Below, in pieces: positions 28,605 to 37,047 of a stretch of DNA of 64,000 bases (its first letter is position 1; the number at the start of each line of letters is the position of its first letter). The translations under genes and the position numbers were made by a program. Origin of the DNA: an uncultured archaeon (GTDB lineage: Archaea > Iainarchaeota > Iainarchaeia > Iainarchaeales > CSSED10-239). The stretch is from positions 991 to 64,990 of the forward strand of contig CAZCAP010000003.1 of NCBI GenBank assembly GCA_964496765.1. The letters run 5' to 3'. Under the pieces are notes generated by a model that saw only the letters and a list, made by a program, of their open reading frames with translations, was not told the DNA's origin and did not search any database.

Positions 28605-29153
28605 TCATTTCTTGAAATATTTGTGTCCCAATTTAAGGCATTCAATATTTGGTTTAACAAGATGTTCTTTTCCTTTTTTTCTAAATTCATCTTCTATTGT
28701 TTTAATAACTATACTTAATTTAATATCAAACAATTTGCAAAGAACTCCCAAAAGAACAATGTTAGGATTATTTCCTTTTGTTTTTTCAAGAGCTATTTTT
28801 GTTCCTGGAATAAAATATGTTTTCTTATTCTTTATTTTTTTCTTTATCTCTGGTTTATCTGTGTTTATAATATAAATTGAGTTATAATCTTTGGTTCCTG
28901 CAAGAGTATCTAAAAGGTTAGCATCAATAACAATAACACAATCTGGATTAGTAATTGGTTCATGAATTCTTATCTTTCCTTTGGATATTCTAACAAACGC
29001 CTTAACAGGTGCCCCCCTTCTTTCTGGCCCATATTCTGGAAAAGCAAGAACATTATATCCTGCAATTAACAAAGATTCTCCTAGAATTTGAGTAAAAGTT
29101 TTTGCACCAAGTCCACCACGACCAAAAATAATTACGTCCAGATTATCTTTCAT
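28605..29153 (-). CDS. porG: 2-oxoacid:ferredoxin oxidoreductase, gamma subunit
   Basis: FGRGGLGAKT..PEYGPERRGAP is typical of POR gamma. It is the first gene of the operon. Confidence 0.88.
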   Translation of the reverse strand: MKDNLDVIIFGRGGLGAKTFTQILGESLLIAGYNVLAFPEYGPERRGAPVKAFVRISKGKIRIHEPITNPDCVIVIDANLLDTLAGTKDYNSIYIINTDKPEIKKKIKNKKTYFIPGTKIALEKTKGNNPNIVLLGVLCKLFDIKLSIVIKTIEDEFRKKGKEHLVKPNIECLKLGHKYFKK

Positions 29154-29216
29154 AAATTATCCCTACATATATAGTATATAGGAATGTAAATAGATGTTTT
29201 TTTATAACTATTTATT

Positions 29217-29954
29217 TCAAAGATGTTTTTTAATTAAATGAGGACTTCTTCGTGGCCAAGAGTGCCCCCCTTCAACTAAATGTACCTTTGGATTTTTAAG
29301 ATTACTTTTGTATTTTTGTAAATAATCATCAGGAAATAGTCTGTCATGTGTGCCCCAAATTATCTTTGTTTTACACCCTACCTTCTGTAAGTCCTTACTT
29401 TGGTCAATTCTATTTAATTTAAAAAATTGTTTCCAAAAATCAATATTTAGTATATTTCTTTCAATATTTTTCTTAATGATTAGCTTTTCTATTTTACTTC
29501 TTGGCTCGTGCTTTGCTATTGATTTTGATTTCGAATATGCATTTTTAAATAATTTTAATAAAATATTTAATTCAGAATAATATTTAATTCCTGCTGGATT
29601 AAGCAATATAAGTTCTTTTATGTTTGTATTTGTTGCAGCATATTTCACAGCAAGAATTGCACCTGCTGAATGTCCTATAATTGTTGGATGGTCTATGTTT
29701 TTAATTTTAATAAATTCATCTAAAACTGTTGAAATATTTGTTTTGCTTGTTAGTTTGCTTGATAATCCATGTCCTGGTAAATCAAATGCATATACCCTGT
29801 AACTCTCAGCAAGTTCACTAATTAGTTTTTTATATCCTCTTATATCTGTAAATATTCCGTGAACCAGAACCAAGGGAGGGGATTTAATTTTACCTCTTGC
29901 AATATAGTTAATCTTTTGATTATTAATATATATTTCACTCATATGCTTATTCAA
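29217..29954 (-). CDS. Alpha/beta-fold hydrolase
   Basis: Oxyanion-hole HG (LVLVHGIF), nucleophile elbow GHSAGA and a C-terminal His (GGHSWP). Confidence 0.75.
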   Translation of the reverse strand: MNKHMSEIYINNQKINYIARGKIKSPPLVLVHGIFTDIRGYKKLISELAESYRVYAFDLPGHGLSSKLTSKTNISTVLDEFIKIKNIDHPTIIGHSAGAILAVKYAATNTNIKELILLNPAGIKYYSELNILLKLFKNAYSKSKSIAKHEPRSKIEKLIIKKNIERNILNIDFWKQFFKLNRIDQSKDLQKVGCKTKIIWGTHDRLFPDDYLQKYKSNLKNPKVHLVEGGHSWPRRSPHLIKKHL

Positions 29955-30010
29955 CTCTTGATTATATATAAACTAGAAGGATTTATATTACTTTTTCTGT
30001 ATATATACTT

Positions 30011-31357
30011 ATGGTTCAGCTAAATAAGATATTCAATCCAAAATCAATTGCACTAATTGGAGCATCAGATAAGCCAGAATCTGTTGGAAGAACTTTATCT
30101 GAGAACCTATCCACCTACACAGGAAACGTGTATCTAATTAATCCTCGTCTTTCTGGGTGTAAACTATTTAGAAGAGATATTTATAAATCTATTTTAGCGC
30201 TTCCAGAAGTAGTTGATCTCTGTATAATTGCAGTTCCAACAAAAGTAATCATTTCTGTGGTTCATGATGTTGTTAAAAGTAAATGTAAAAACATAATTAT
30301 GGTAACCTCTGGATTTAATGAGGTTGGAAAAGATAAATTAACAAAAGAACTTATTGATATTATTGAAAAAAACAATATTAATTTAATTGGACCAAATTGT
30401 CTAGGATTATTAAACCAAGATAATGATTTAAATGCAACCTTTAATTCTAAGCATAAGCTTGTTCTTCCTGCAAAAGGAAACGTTTCAATTATTTCTCAAT
30501 CAGGAGCACTTGGTATTGCTTTGCTTGATCTTGCAGGCTATGAAGATCTAAAAATTAATAAGTTTGTTTCCTATGGTAATGCATTAAACATAGATGAATC
30601 TGATTTGCTTGATTTTTTAGAAACTGATAAGGAAACTGATGTTATACTAGCCTACATTGAAGGAATTAAAAACGGAAAAAAGTTCATACAGTCTTTAAAT
30701 AGAGTTTCAAGCAAGAAAAAAGTAATAATATTAAAAGGTGGAATTAGTGATATTGGGAATCAGGCAGCAATGAGTCATACTGCAGCAATTGCAGGAACAA
30801 AGGAGGTGTTTGATACAGTTGTTTCTGAATCAGGAGCATACATGGTAAGATCAATCACTGAAATGTTTAATTTAGCTAAGATACTTGCAGCTAATAAAAA
30901 TAAAACTATTAAAAATGTACAAGTTATCACAAATGGTGGTGGACTTGGTGTTCTTGTTTCTGATCAACTTGATTTAAACCATATTCCATTGGCTGTGATA
31001 TCTAAAGAATCTACTTTTAAGCTTAAGAAAATGGTTCCAGAGTATGCAGTAATTAGAAACCCAATTGATTTGACAGGGGATGCAACAACAGATAGATTTA
31101 TTGAAACCATAAAAGTTTGCTTAAATGATAAGGGGGTTGATTCAATAGTTTTATTATTTTTATTCCAACTTCCATCCCTAACAATAGATATAATTAAAAA
31201 ATTAGAAATTGTGAAAAACACAACATCAAAACCTATTTTTGTGGTTTCAGTTGGGGGAAGCTTAACTAAAGAATTTTTAGTGGAACTTGAAAATATAGGA
31301 ATTATTTGTTTTAGAGATCCAAAAGATTTTTCAGAGAATTTAAAATATTTATTATAA
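30011..31357 (+). CDS. ADP-forming acetyl-CoA synthetase (acetate--CoA ligase), alpha-type subunit only
   Basis: CoA-binding N-terminus SIALIGASDKPESVG and the phosphohistidine loop AAMSHTAAIAG, as in ACD/succinyl-CoA synthetase alpha. No ATP-grasp (beta) domain is fused or adjacent. Confidence 0.8.
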   Translation: MVQLNKIFNPKSIALIGASDKPESVGRTLSENLSTYTGNVYLINPRLSGCKLFRRDIYKSILALPEVVDLCIIAVPTKVIISVVHDVVKSKCKNIIMVTSGFNEVGKDKLTKELIDIIEKNNINLIGPNCLGLLNQDNDLNATFNSKHKLVLPAKGNVSIISQSGALGIALLDLAGYEDLKINKFVSYGNALNIDESDLLDFLETDKETDVILAYIEGIKNGKKFIQSLNRVSSKKKVIILKGGISDIGNQAAMSHTAAIAGTKEVFDTVVSESGAYMVRSITEMFNLAKILAANKNKTIKNVQVITNGGGLGVLVSDQLDLNHIPLAVISKESTFKLKKMVPEYAVIRNPIDLTGDATTDRFIETIKVCLNDKGVDSIVLLFLFQLPSLTIDIIKKLEIVKNTTSKPIFVVSVGGSLTKEFLVELENIGIICFRDPKDFSENLKYLL

Positions 31358-31483
31358 GTTCACTAATTCAGGTTAGTTCTTTGCTCTAGAAATCAAGGTT
31401 TTTAAAGGTTTTCTATATAATTACATAATAGTTTAAACTTGTTTTAAAATAAATTATCAATTAAATTAAACGGAGGAAATAAT

Positions 31484-31837
31484 ATGGCAAAAGCAAAAAA
31501 AGGAGCGGAAAAGGTAGGTGCTTGGGCATTTATCATAGGTGTAATACTTGCAATACTTGCTGGTTTATTTTTTGGAGCTGGTGCAATTGTAACAAGCATT
31601 TTAATTATTCTTGGTATAATTGTTGGTTTCTTGAATATAACAGATAAGGAAACAGGTGCATATCTACTTGCAGCAGTTTCACTTGTAATTGTAACCTCAT
31701 TTGGAGGATCAGTTCTTGGGCACGTTGCAGTAATAGGAATGTATCTACAAAGCATATTAGGTGCAATAATGACCTTTGTAATCCCAGCAGTTATTATTGT
31801 TGCTCTAAAGGCAATCTATTCATTAGCAAATAATTAG
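31484..31837 (+). CDS. Small integral membrane protein, function unknown
   Basis: A 117-aa ORF with 3-4 Gly/Ala/Ile-rich TM helices and an AGGAAA RBS-like signal upstream. Confidence 0.6.
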   Translation: MAKAKKGAEKVGAWAFIIGVILAILAGLFFGAGAIVTSILIILGIIVGFLNITDKETGAYLLAAVSLVIVTSFGGSVLGHVAVIGMYLQSILGAIMTFVIPAVIIVALKAIYSLANN

Positions 31838-31972
31838 AGGAATTAACTTCCTTTAATTTTCTTTTTCTTTTTTAATTAGTTTTTCAAAGTAATTATATTT
31901 ATAAATCCTATATCTTACTATATAAGTAGATGCCTATAAAAGCAATTAATGTGAAAAGAGAGTGATGGATAT

Positions 31973-32272
31973 ATGAATACCCCAATGTATAGAACTATTC
32001 AAAAGAAAGAATTTTCAAGAGAAGAACCTTTTTCAATGTCAAGGGTTTATTTAAATGTTAAGACCTTGCAAAAGCTGGTGGGAACAAATCTTTCTGTATT
32101 AAGTAAGGATAGATTAAGACAATTAAAAGAAGATATTATTCATTTAGATAAATCAATAGATGCTGATCTTGTAAATCATCGAGTTCCTGATCACGTAATG
32201 GATGCTTATGAAGATGTATCTCAGGAGATTCAACCAAAACTACTAGAAATAGATAAATGGATACTTAAATAG
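31973..32272 (+). CDS. Hypothetical protein
   Basis: A 99-aa ORF with no recognised motif. Confidence 0.4.
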   Translation: MNTPMYRTIQKKEFSREEPFSMSRVYLNVKTLQKLVGTNLSVLSKDRLRQLKEDIIHLDKSIDADLVNHRVPDHVMDAYEDVSQEIQPKLLEIDKWILK

Positions 32273-32284
32273 ATCCATTTTCTT

Positions 32285-32575
32285 TTATTTCTTTTTCTTT
32301 ATTGTTTTTTTCTTGGTTCTTGTTTTTGCTTTTTCTGCAACTTTCTTTTTATAAACCGGAACTCTTTTTCCAACAGGCTTATTTAATTCATTGATTATTG
32401 AATCAACATCTATTCCATACCATCCACCTATTTTTTCAAGTGTTAATGTATTCATTTCCATTTTTGCCATTGGACAGGTTACGCAGGGAACGTTGTATTT
32501 TGATAATACTTTTTCAGATCCTTTTATTTTTAGGACATCACCATATTTTGATTTTCTTGTAATCATTCTTTTCAT
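32285..32575 (-). CDS. DUF1858-like (hybrid-cluster-protein-associated redox disulfide domain) protein with a Lys-rich tail
   Basis: The segment VLSKYNVPCVTCPMAKMEMNTLTLEKIGGWYGIDVDSIINELN resembles the DUF1858 CxxC domain. Confidence 0.5.
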   Translation of the reverse strand: MKRMITRKSKYGDVLKIKGSEKVLSKYNVPCVTCPMAKMEMNTLTLEKIGGWYGIDVDSIINELNKPVGKRVPVYKKKVAEKAKTRTKKKTIKKKK

Positions 32576-32586
32576 CCTCCTTTTTA

Positions 32587-33051
32587 TTATTTACAACATC
32601 TATAGCATGCTTCTTTTTTAATTGTTTTTATTTTTTTACCATCTTTAGTTTTTGTTTTCTTTGAAAGATAATCCTTAATTGCTTCATGTAGGGTATCAGC
32701 AGCCATGTTTGAGCAATGCATCTTTATTGGTGGAAGTCCTCTAAGACTATCAGCAACATTTTTGTTTGTTATCTTCATTGCTTCTTCTAGTGTTTTACCT
32801 TTTGCAAGATCGGTTATCATTGATGATGTTGATATTGCTGCCGCACAACCCATCGTCTGAAATTTAATATCTTTGATTATTTCTTCTCCCTTCTTATTTT
32901 TTGAAACTTTGATATATAACCAAAAAACGTCTCCACAGACTGAGTTTCCTAGTTTACCAACCCCATCTGCATTTTTTATTTCGCCCATATTGTGTGGGTT
33001 TAGGAAATGCTTTTTAACCTCGTTCGTGTATGTTGTATTCTTTGCATCCAT
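32587..33051 (-). CDS. iscU: IscU/NifU-like Fe-S cluster scaffold with a Cys-containing C-terminal tail
   Basis: Three scaffold Cys are present (GNSVCGD, TMGCAAA, KMHCSN), and the tail ends ACYRCCK. The ATG at 33051 follows the upstream stop by 2 nt and is preferred over the track start at 33081. Confidence 0.85.
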   Translation of the reverse strand: MDAKNTTYTNEVKKHFLNPHNMGEIKNADGVGKLGNSVCGDVFWLYIKVSKNKKGEEIIKDIKFQTMGCAAAISTSSMITDLAKGKTLEEAMKITNKNVADSLRGLPPIKMHCSNMAADTLHEAIKDYLSKKTKTKDGKKIKTIKKEACYRCCK

Positions 33052-33053
33052 AA

Positions 33054-34163
33054 TTAATCTTTCCCATCTACATATTTGCAAACAATATATCCATCTTTAT
33101 TCACAAAACAATCATTTGGTAGTTTGTATTTTTTATCAATCTTTTTAAGATCTTTTTCTTTATAACTTGATCTAATTATTTGAACATTCTTTTTTTTATT
33201 TATAAAGTCACAATCAATATATGGTTCTGCTTTCCCGATAGGTAATATTATAATATATGCTGGATTTGCTCTTCCCGAAAGGTTCCCTGCTCTAAACCAC
33301 CTTTTTATTTCAATTCCTTTTTGTATACTTGTTCTAAAACATTCTGTTCCAAGTGTGTTTGCACAATGATAAAGATAATGATTATCAATTCCTATTTCTC
33401 TTAATTTACTGAATAAGTTATATAGATCTTGTTTTTTATCATTTATTCCTTTTAGCAATACTGATTGATTGTATATTTTAATCCCTGAGTTAATCAGTTT
33501 TTTACAAGCATTTATTGTTTCTGTACTTAGTTCATCAACATGGTTGAATTGGCAAGACATTTCAACTTGTTTATTTGTTTTTTTCAAAATAGCTAACAAT
33601 TTTGTATTTATTTTCCCTGGGTCATACATTATACTCCTAGTCCCTATTCTAATTACTTTCACTGTATCCATTTTGTTTAATTTTTGTATAATGTAATCTA
33701 ATTTATTGATATCCATTAGTGGATCTCCACCAGTTATCAAAACCTCTTTTATCTCTGTATTTTTTGATATATAATTAATTGCTTTATTAATATCTTGGTA
33801 ACTCATGGCTTTGTCTGATTTTGAAATATAATCTTTTCTTATGCAATGTCTGCAGTATGCTGGACACTGTTTTATTGGTAGCAATATACACCTATCTTTA
33901 TACATTCTTTCTAGCCCATATATCCCTGTGTTTATTTGCCCAACCCATGGTCTAGTTATTCCTGTGTTGTTTAATTCTCTTACATCAGGAAAAAATTGTT
34001 TTTTAATATTATCTGATTTTTTAATGAGTTTTATTAAATGAGGTGTTAATTTAACAGGATATCTATCTATTACTTTTTGTAATTTGTTTTTTTCAGCAGG
34101 ACTAATTTTTGTATCTGTGATTTTAGCAAATTCATTTATGTTTTTTATATCCATAATTATCAC
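33054..34163 (-). CDS. KamA-family radical SAM protein (lysine 2,3-aminomutase/EpmB-like)
   Basis: The cluster motif CPAYCRHCIRKD is preceded by GLERMYKDRCILL, as in KamA-family enzymes. Confidence 0.75.
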   Translation of the reverse strand: MIIMDIKNINEFAKITDTKISPAEKNKLQKVIDRYPVKLTPHLIKLIKKSDNIKKQFFPDVRELNNTGITRPWVGQINTGIYGLERMYKDRCILLPIKQCPAYCRHCIRKDYISKSDKAMSYQDINKAINYISKNTEIKEVLITGGDPLMDINKLDYIIQKLNKMDTVKVIRIGTRSIMYDPGKINTKLLAILKKTNKQVEMSCQFNHVDELSTETINACKKLINSGIKIYNQSVLLKGINDKKQDLYNLFSKLREIGIDNHYLYHCANTLGTECFRTSIQKGIEIKRWFRAGNLSGRANPAYIIILPIGKAEPYIDCDFINKKKNVQIIRSSYKEKDLKKIDKKYKLPNDCFVNKDGYIVCKYVDGKD

Positions 34164-34168
34164 TTTTA

Positions 34169-35326
34169 TTATTTTCTCTTTTTTGCAAGAGGGGACATTC
34201 TTGTTAATTTCTCAACAATTGGTTTTATTTCAGAAAGAACATATTTAATATCCTCTTCAGTTGTTTCTATTCCTATCGTCATCCTAAGTGCACCATTAGC
34301 GATCTCTGGGTCCACACCTATTGCTTTGATTACGTGGTTTTGCGATAGATTGTGAGAAGAACAGGCTGACCCTGTTGAAACATAAATTCCTTTGAAATCA
34401 AGATGCAAAAGAATGGATTCTCCTTCAATATATTTGAAAATAATATTAATATTATTACATAATCTTTTATTTCCTGTTGGTCCATTTAATGAACAGTTAG
34501 GTATTTTTAGAAGTCCATCAATAAATATATCTCTTAATTTTTCCATTTTTCTAACATCTTTATCTTTAATAACATCAATAGCTTCTGAAAAACCAATTAT
34601 TCCAGGAACATTAAGTGTTCCACTCCTTAAATTGTTTTCATGCCCCCCACCATGCAATAGAGGAGTAATAGTTAGTCCTTTCTTAATAAGTAAAGCTCCC
34701 ACTCCTTTTGGACCATATATTTTGTGTGCATTAACTGTAATCAAATCAATATTATCATTTTCTAAATCAATTGGAACCTTTGTAAAACTTTGACAAGCAT
34801 CTGTATGAAGTACAGTTCCCTTTTCATGGCAAACCTGTCCTATTTCTCTTATGTTTTGAATAGTTCCTATTTCATTGTTTCCATGAATTATGGAAACCAA
34901 AATTGTATCTTTTCTTATTTTCTTTCTTAAATCATTAATATCAATAAAGCCTTCTTTGTTTACGTTAAGATATGTAACTTCGTATCCTTGTTCCTCTAAC
35001 CATTTAGCAGAATTAAGAATACAATCATGTTCTATCTTTGTTGTGATTATATGTTTTCCTTTACTTTTGTTTGCAAACGCAATTCCTTTTAATGCAAGAT
35101 TATTGCTTTCTGTTCCTCCAGATGTGAAGATTAGGTTGTAATTGTTTGCATTTAATTTTTGTTTAATTTTCTTTCTTGCAGTTTCAATATCCTCGTGTAC
35201 GTTTGTTCCAAAAGAGTGCATGCTAGATTCATTTCCATACTTTTCAGAAAAGTATGGTTTCATTTTAACAAAAATCTCTTTTGCAAGAGGTGTTGTTGCT
35301 GCATAATCTAAATATATTTGCTTCAT
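34169..35326 (-). CDS. iscS: Cysteine desulfurase, NifS/IscS type
   Basis: PLP-lysine segment NAHKIYGPKGVG, active-site loop STGSACSS and N-terminal IYLDYAATTP. Confidence 0.9.
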   Translation of the reverse strand: MKQIYLDYAATTPLAKEIFVKMKPYFSEKYGNESSMHSFGTNVHEDIETARKKIKQKLNANNYNLIFTSGGTESNNLALKGIAFANKSKGKHIITTKIEHDCILNSAKWLEEQGYEVTYLNVNKEGFIDINDLRKKIRKDTILVSIIHGNNEIGTIQNIREIGQVCHEKGTVLHTDACQSFTKVPIDLENDNIDLITVNAHKIYGPKGVGALLIKKGLTITPLLHGGGHENNLRSGTLNVPGIIGFSEAIDVIKDKDVRKMEKLRDIFIDGLLKIPNCSLNGPTGNKRLCNNINIIFKYIEGESILLHLDFKGIYVSTGSACSSHNLSQNHVIKAIGVDPEIANGALRMTIGIETTEEDIKYVLSEIKPIVEKLTRMSPLAKKRK

Positions 35327-35339
35327 AGGTTATCATTAT

Positions 35340-35642
35340 TTACTTTTTACATAGTTTGCAGTTTCCTCTACAGAAATTATCCTGATGTGTTTCTAGTATT
35401 CTAAGAATTGGTTTAATTGTTTTTGTATTTAATGAATAAATGATTTGCTTACCATCCCTTCTCTTAAAAACAATATTACAATCAGAAAGAACCTTGAGAG
35501 AATGACTAATCTTTGATTGTTCAATCTTTGTTATTGAAGATATATCATTAACACAGAGACTCTTAGAATAGAGTGCACTAATTATTACCCATCTTGTGTT
35601 GTTTGAAATAACTTTAAAAAAATGATATGAATTTGCGTTCAT
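35340..35642 (-). CDS. ArsR/SmtB-family winged-helix regulator with a C-terminal CX3CX2C motif
   Basis: HTH core LCVNDISSITKIEQSKISHSLKVL. The C-terminus is FCRGNCKLCKK. Confidence 0.75.
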   Translation of the reverse strand: MNANSYHFFKVISNNTRWVIISALYSKSLCVNDISSITKIEQSKISHSLKVLSDCNIVFKRRDGKQIIYSLNTKTIKPILRILETHQDNFCRGNCKLCKK

Positions 35643-35676
35643 ATGTATACATACACATATATATATTTAAATGTGT

Positions 35677-36861
35677 TTATTTATTAAGAATGAGTGCTTT
35701 TGCTTTTTCTAGATCTCCCTTTTCTAAGAGTTCATAAAGAGTTTGGTAATCAAAATCTGGAGATAGCTTTGTTTGCCTTATTTGTTCAATAAATATCTCC
35801 TTTGTTATCTCTTCAATGTTTCCTCTATTTTTTTCAAGTTCCTTTAGTTTATCTATACTATCTTTTAAAATCTTTTCTTCAATATGGTTTGCAAAAGATA
35901 GATAAAATGTTGGATAAACTATTTCAAACTTCTTTAAATCAATATCCTTTGAAAAAAAACCACTTTCCAAATCTCCCTTTATTCTAATTCTTACAAAAGG
36001 ATCTTTCTTATGTTCTTTTAGCTTTATTTTTTCAAGCTCCTCATTTACTTTTGCTTCAATATCTTTTGGATTTGATTTTTTAAAAGAAAGATCAATATAT
36101 ATGACTGGTCTTGTTTCTTTAAGTTCACTAAATCTTAGTTCTTTTGTTTCTGTGTCAAGGATGTAGAATCCCTTTGGAGTATCTGATTCTAGCTTTTTAT
36201 TTTGAGTAGCAATGGTTGAACCTGGCATAATAAAGGTTCCACCCTGTTCAAGCTTTTCAAGAGCTTTCCAATGAAGGTGGCCATTAACTATTAAATCAAA
36301 TCCACTAGGGAGATTAGCAAGTGTTAAAATGTTATCATCATCAAATGGAAGAAATTCTTTAAATGATTGATGAATAAGAAGAATATTATAATTGTTAGGT
36401 GTAGGTGTTGGGTTCCATTTCTTTAAAACCTCTAAAGCATATTTATCTGGAATTCCAGACAACCCAAACACACTTATATTATTAATTGTAAATAAATCTC
36501 CATGTAGGTACTTAATAAAGCCCATTACCTCTAGGAGTTCAATTGTGCTCTTATATTCCTTTCCTCTGTATTCATGATTTCCAGGAATACCTATCATTGG
36601 TATCTTTAGGATTTGATCTCCAATCTTGAGATTTAGTTTATTTTCTATTTTTACTTTATTTAATAAATTAATTGCTTCAAAAAAAACTTCGGGGGTAGGT
36701 GTTTGCTTATCAAATAAATCTCCAGAAACTAAAATCAAATCAATCTTTTCTTCTTTCATTATTGTGAATGCTTCCGATAGATGAGTAAATGAATCAATTT
36801 CTAGTTTTGGATCTCCCCAAAGGTATCCAAGATGCCAATCAGATGTTATTGCTATCTTCAT
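35677..36861 (-). CDS. mre11: Mre11-type DNA repair nuclease (metallophosphoesterase)
   Basis: Phosphoesterase motifs DWHLG, GDLFD, GNHE and GHLH occur in the canonical order. Confidence 0.85.
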   Translation of the reverse strand: MKIAITSDWHLGYLWGDPKLEIDSFTHLSEAFTIMKEEKIDLILVSGDLFDKQTPTPEVFFEAINLLNKVKIENKLNLKIGDQILKIPMIGIPGNHEYRGKEYKSTIELLEVMGFIKYLHGDLFTINNISVFGLSGIPDKYALEVLKKWNPTPTPNNYNILLIHQSFKEFLPFDDDNILTLANLPSGFDLIVNGHLHWKALEKLEQGGTFIMPGSTIATQNKKLESDTPKGFYILDTETKELRFSELKETRPVIYIDLSFKKSNPKDIEAKVNEELEKIKLKEHKKDPFVRIRIKGDLESGFFSKDIDLKKFEIVYPTFYLSFANHIEEKILKDSIDKLKELEKNRGNIEEITKEIFIEQIRQTKLSPDFDYQTLYELLEKGDLEKAKALILNK

Positions 36862-36948
36862 AAAATCTCTTTTTTTGTTTTAAAGGGTAACAAATATAAA
36901 TACGTCTATAATTAAATATATATAGTAGTAACTTAATATAATAGTTAT

Positions 36949-37019
36949 GCCTCGGTGGCAGATAGGCTATGCATCCGCCTGCAGAGCGGAAGAGTGGGGT
37001 TCGATTCCCTACCGAGGCT
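36949..37019 (+). tRNA. tRNA-Cys (anticodon GCA)
   Basis: A 71-nt cloverleaf: acceptor GCCTCGG/CCGAGGC, anticodon stem TCCGC/GCGGA with loop CTGCAGA, T arm TGGGG-TTCGATT-CCCTA, and discriminator U73, the tRNA-Cys identity base. Confidence 0.93.
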
Positions 37020-37047
37020 TTTAATTTAAAACAATGAAGTTTCAATA

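Noticed and set aside
28407-28875. Two overlapping plus-strand ORFs (103 and 130 aa).
   Set aside because: They are antisense to porD and porG, which have unambiguous ferredoxin and gamma-subunit motifs.
36839-37045. 68-aa minus-strand ORF.
   Set aside because: It is entirely explained by the tRNA-Cys gene and the mre11 upstream region.
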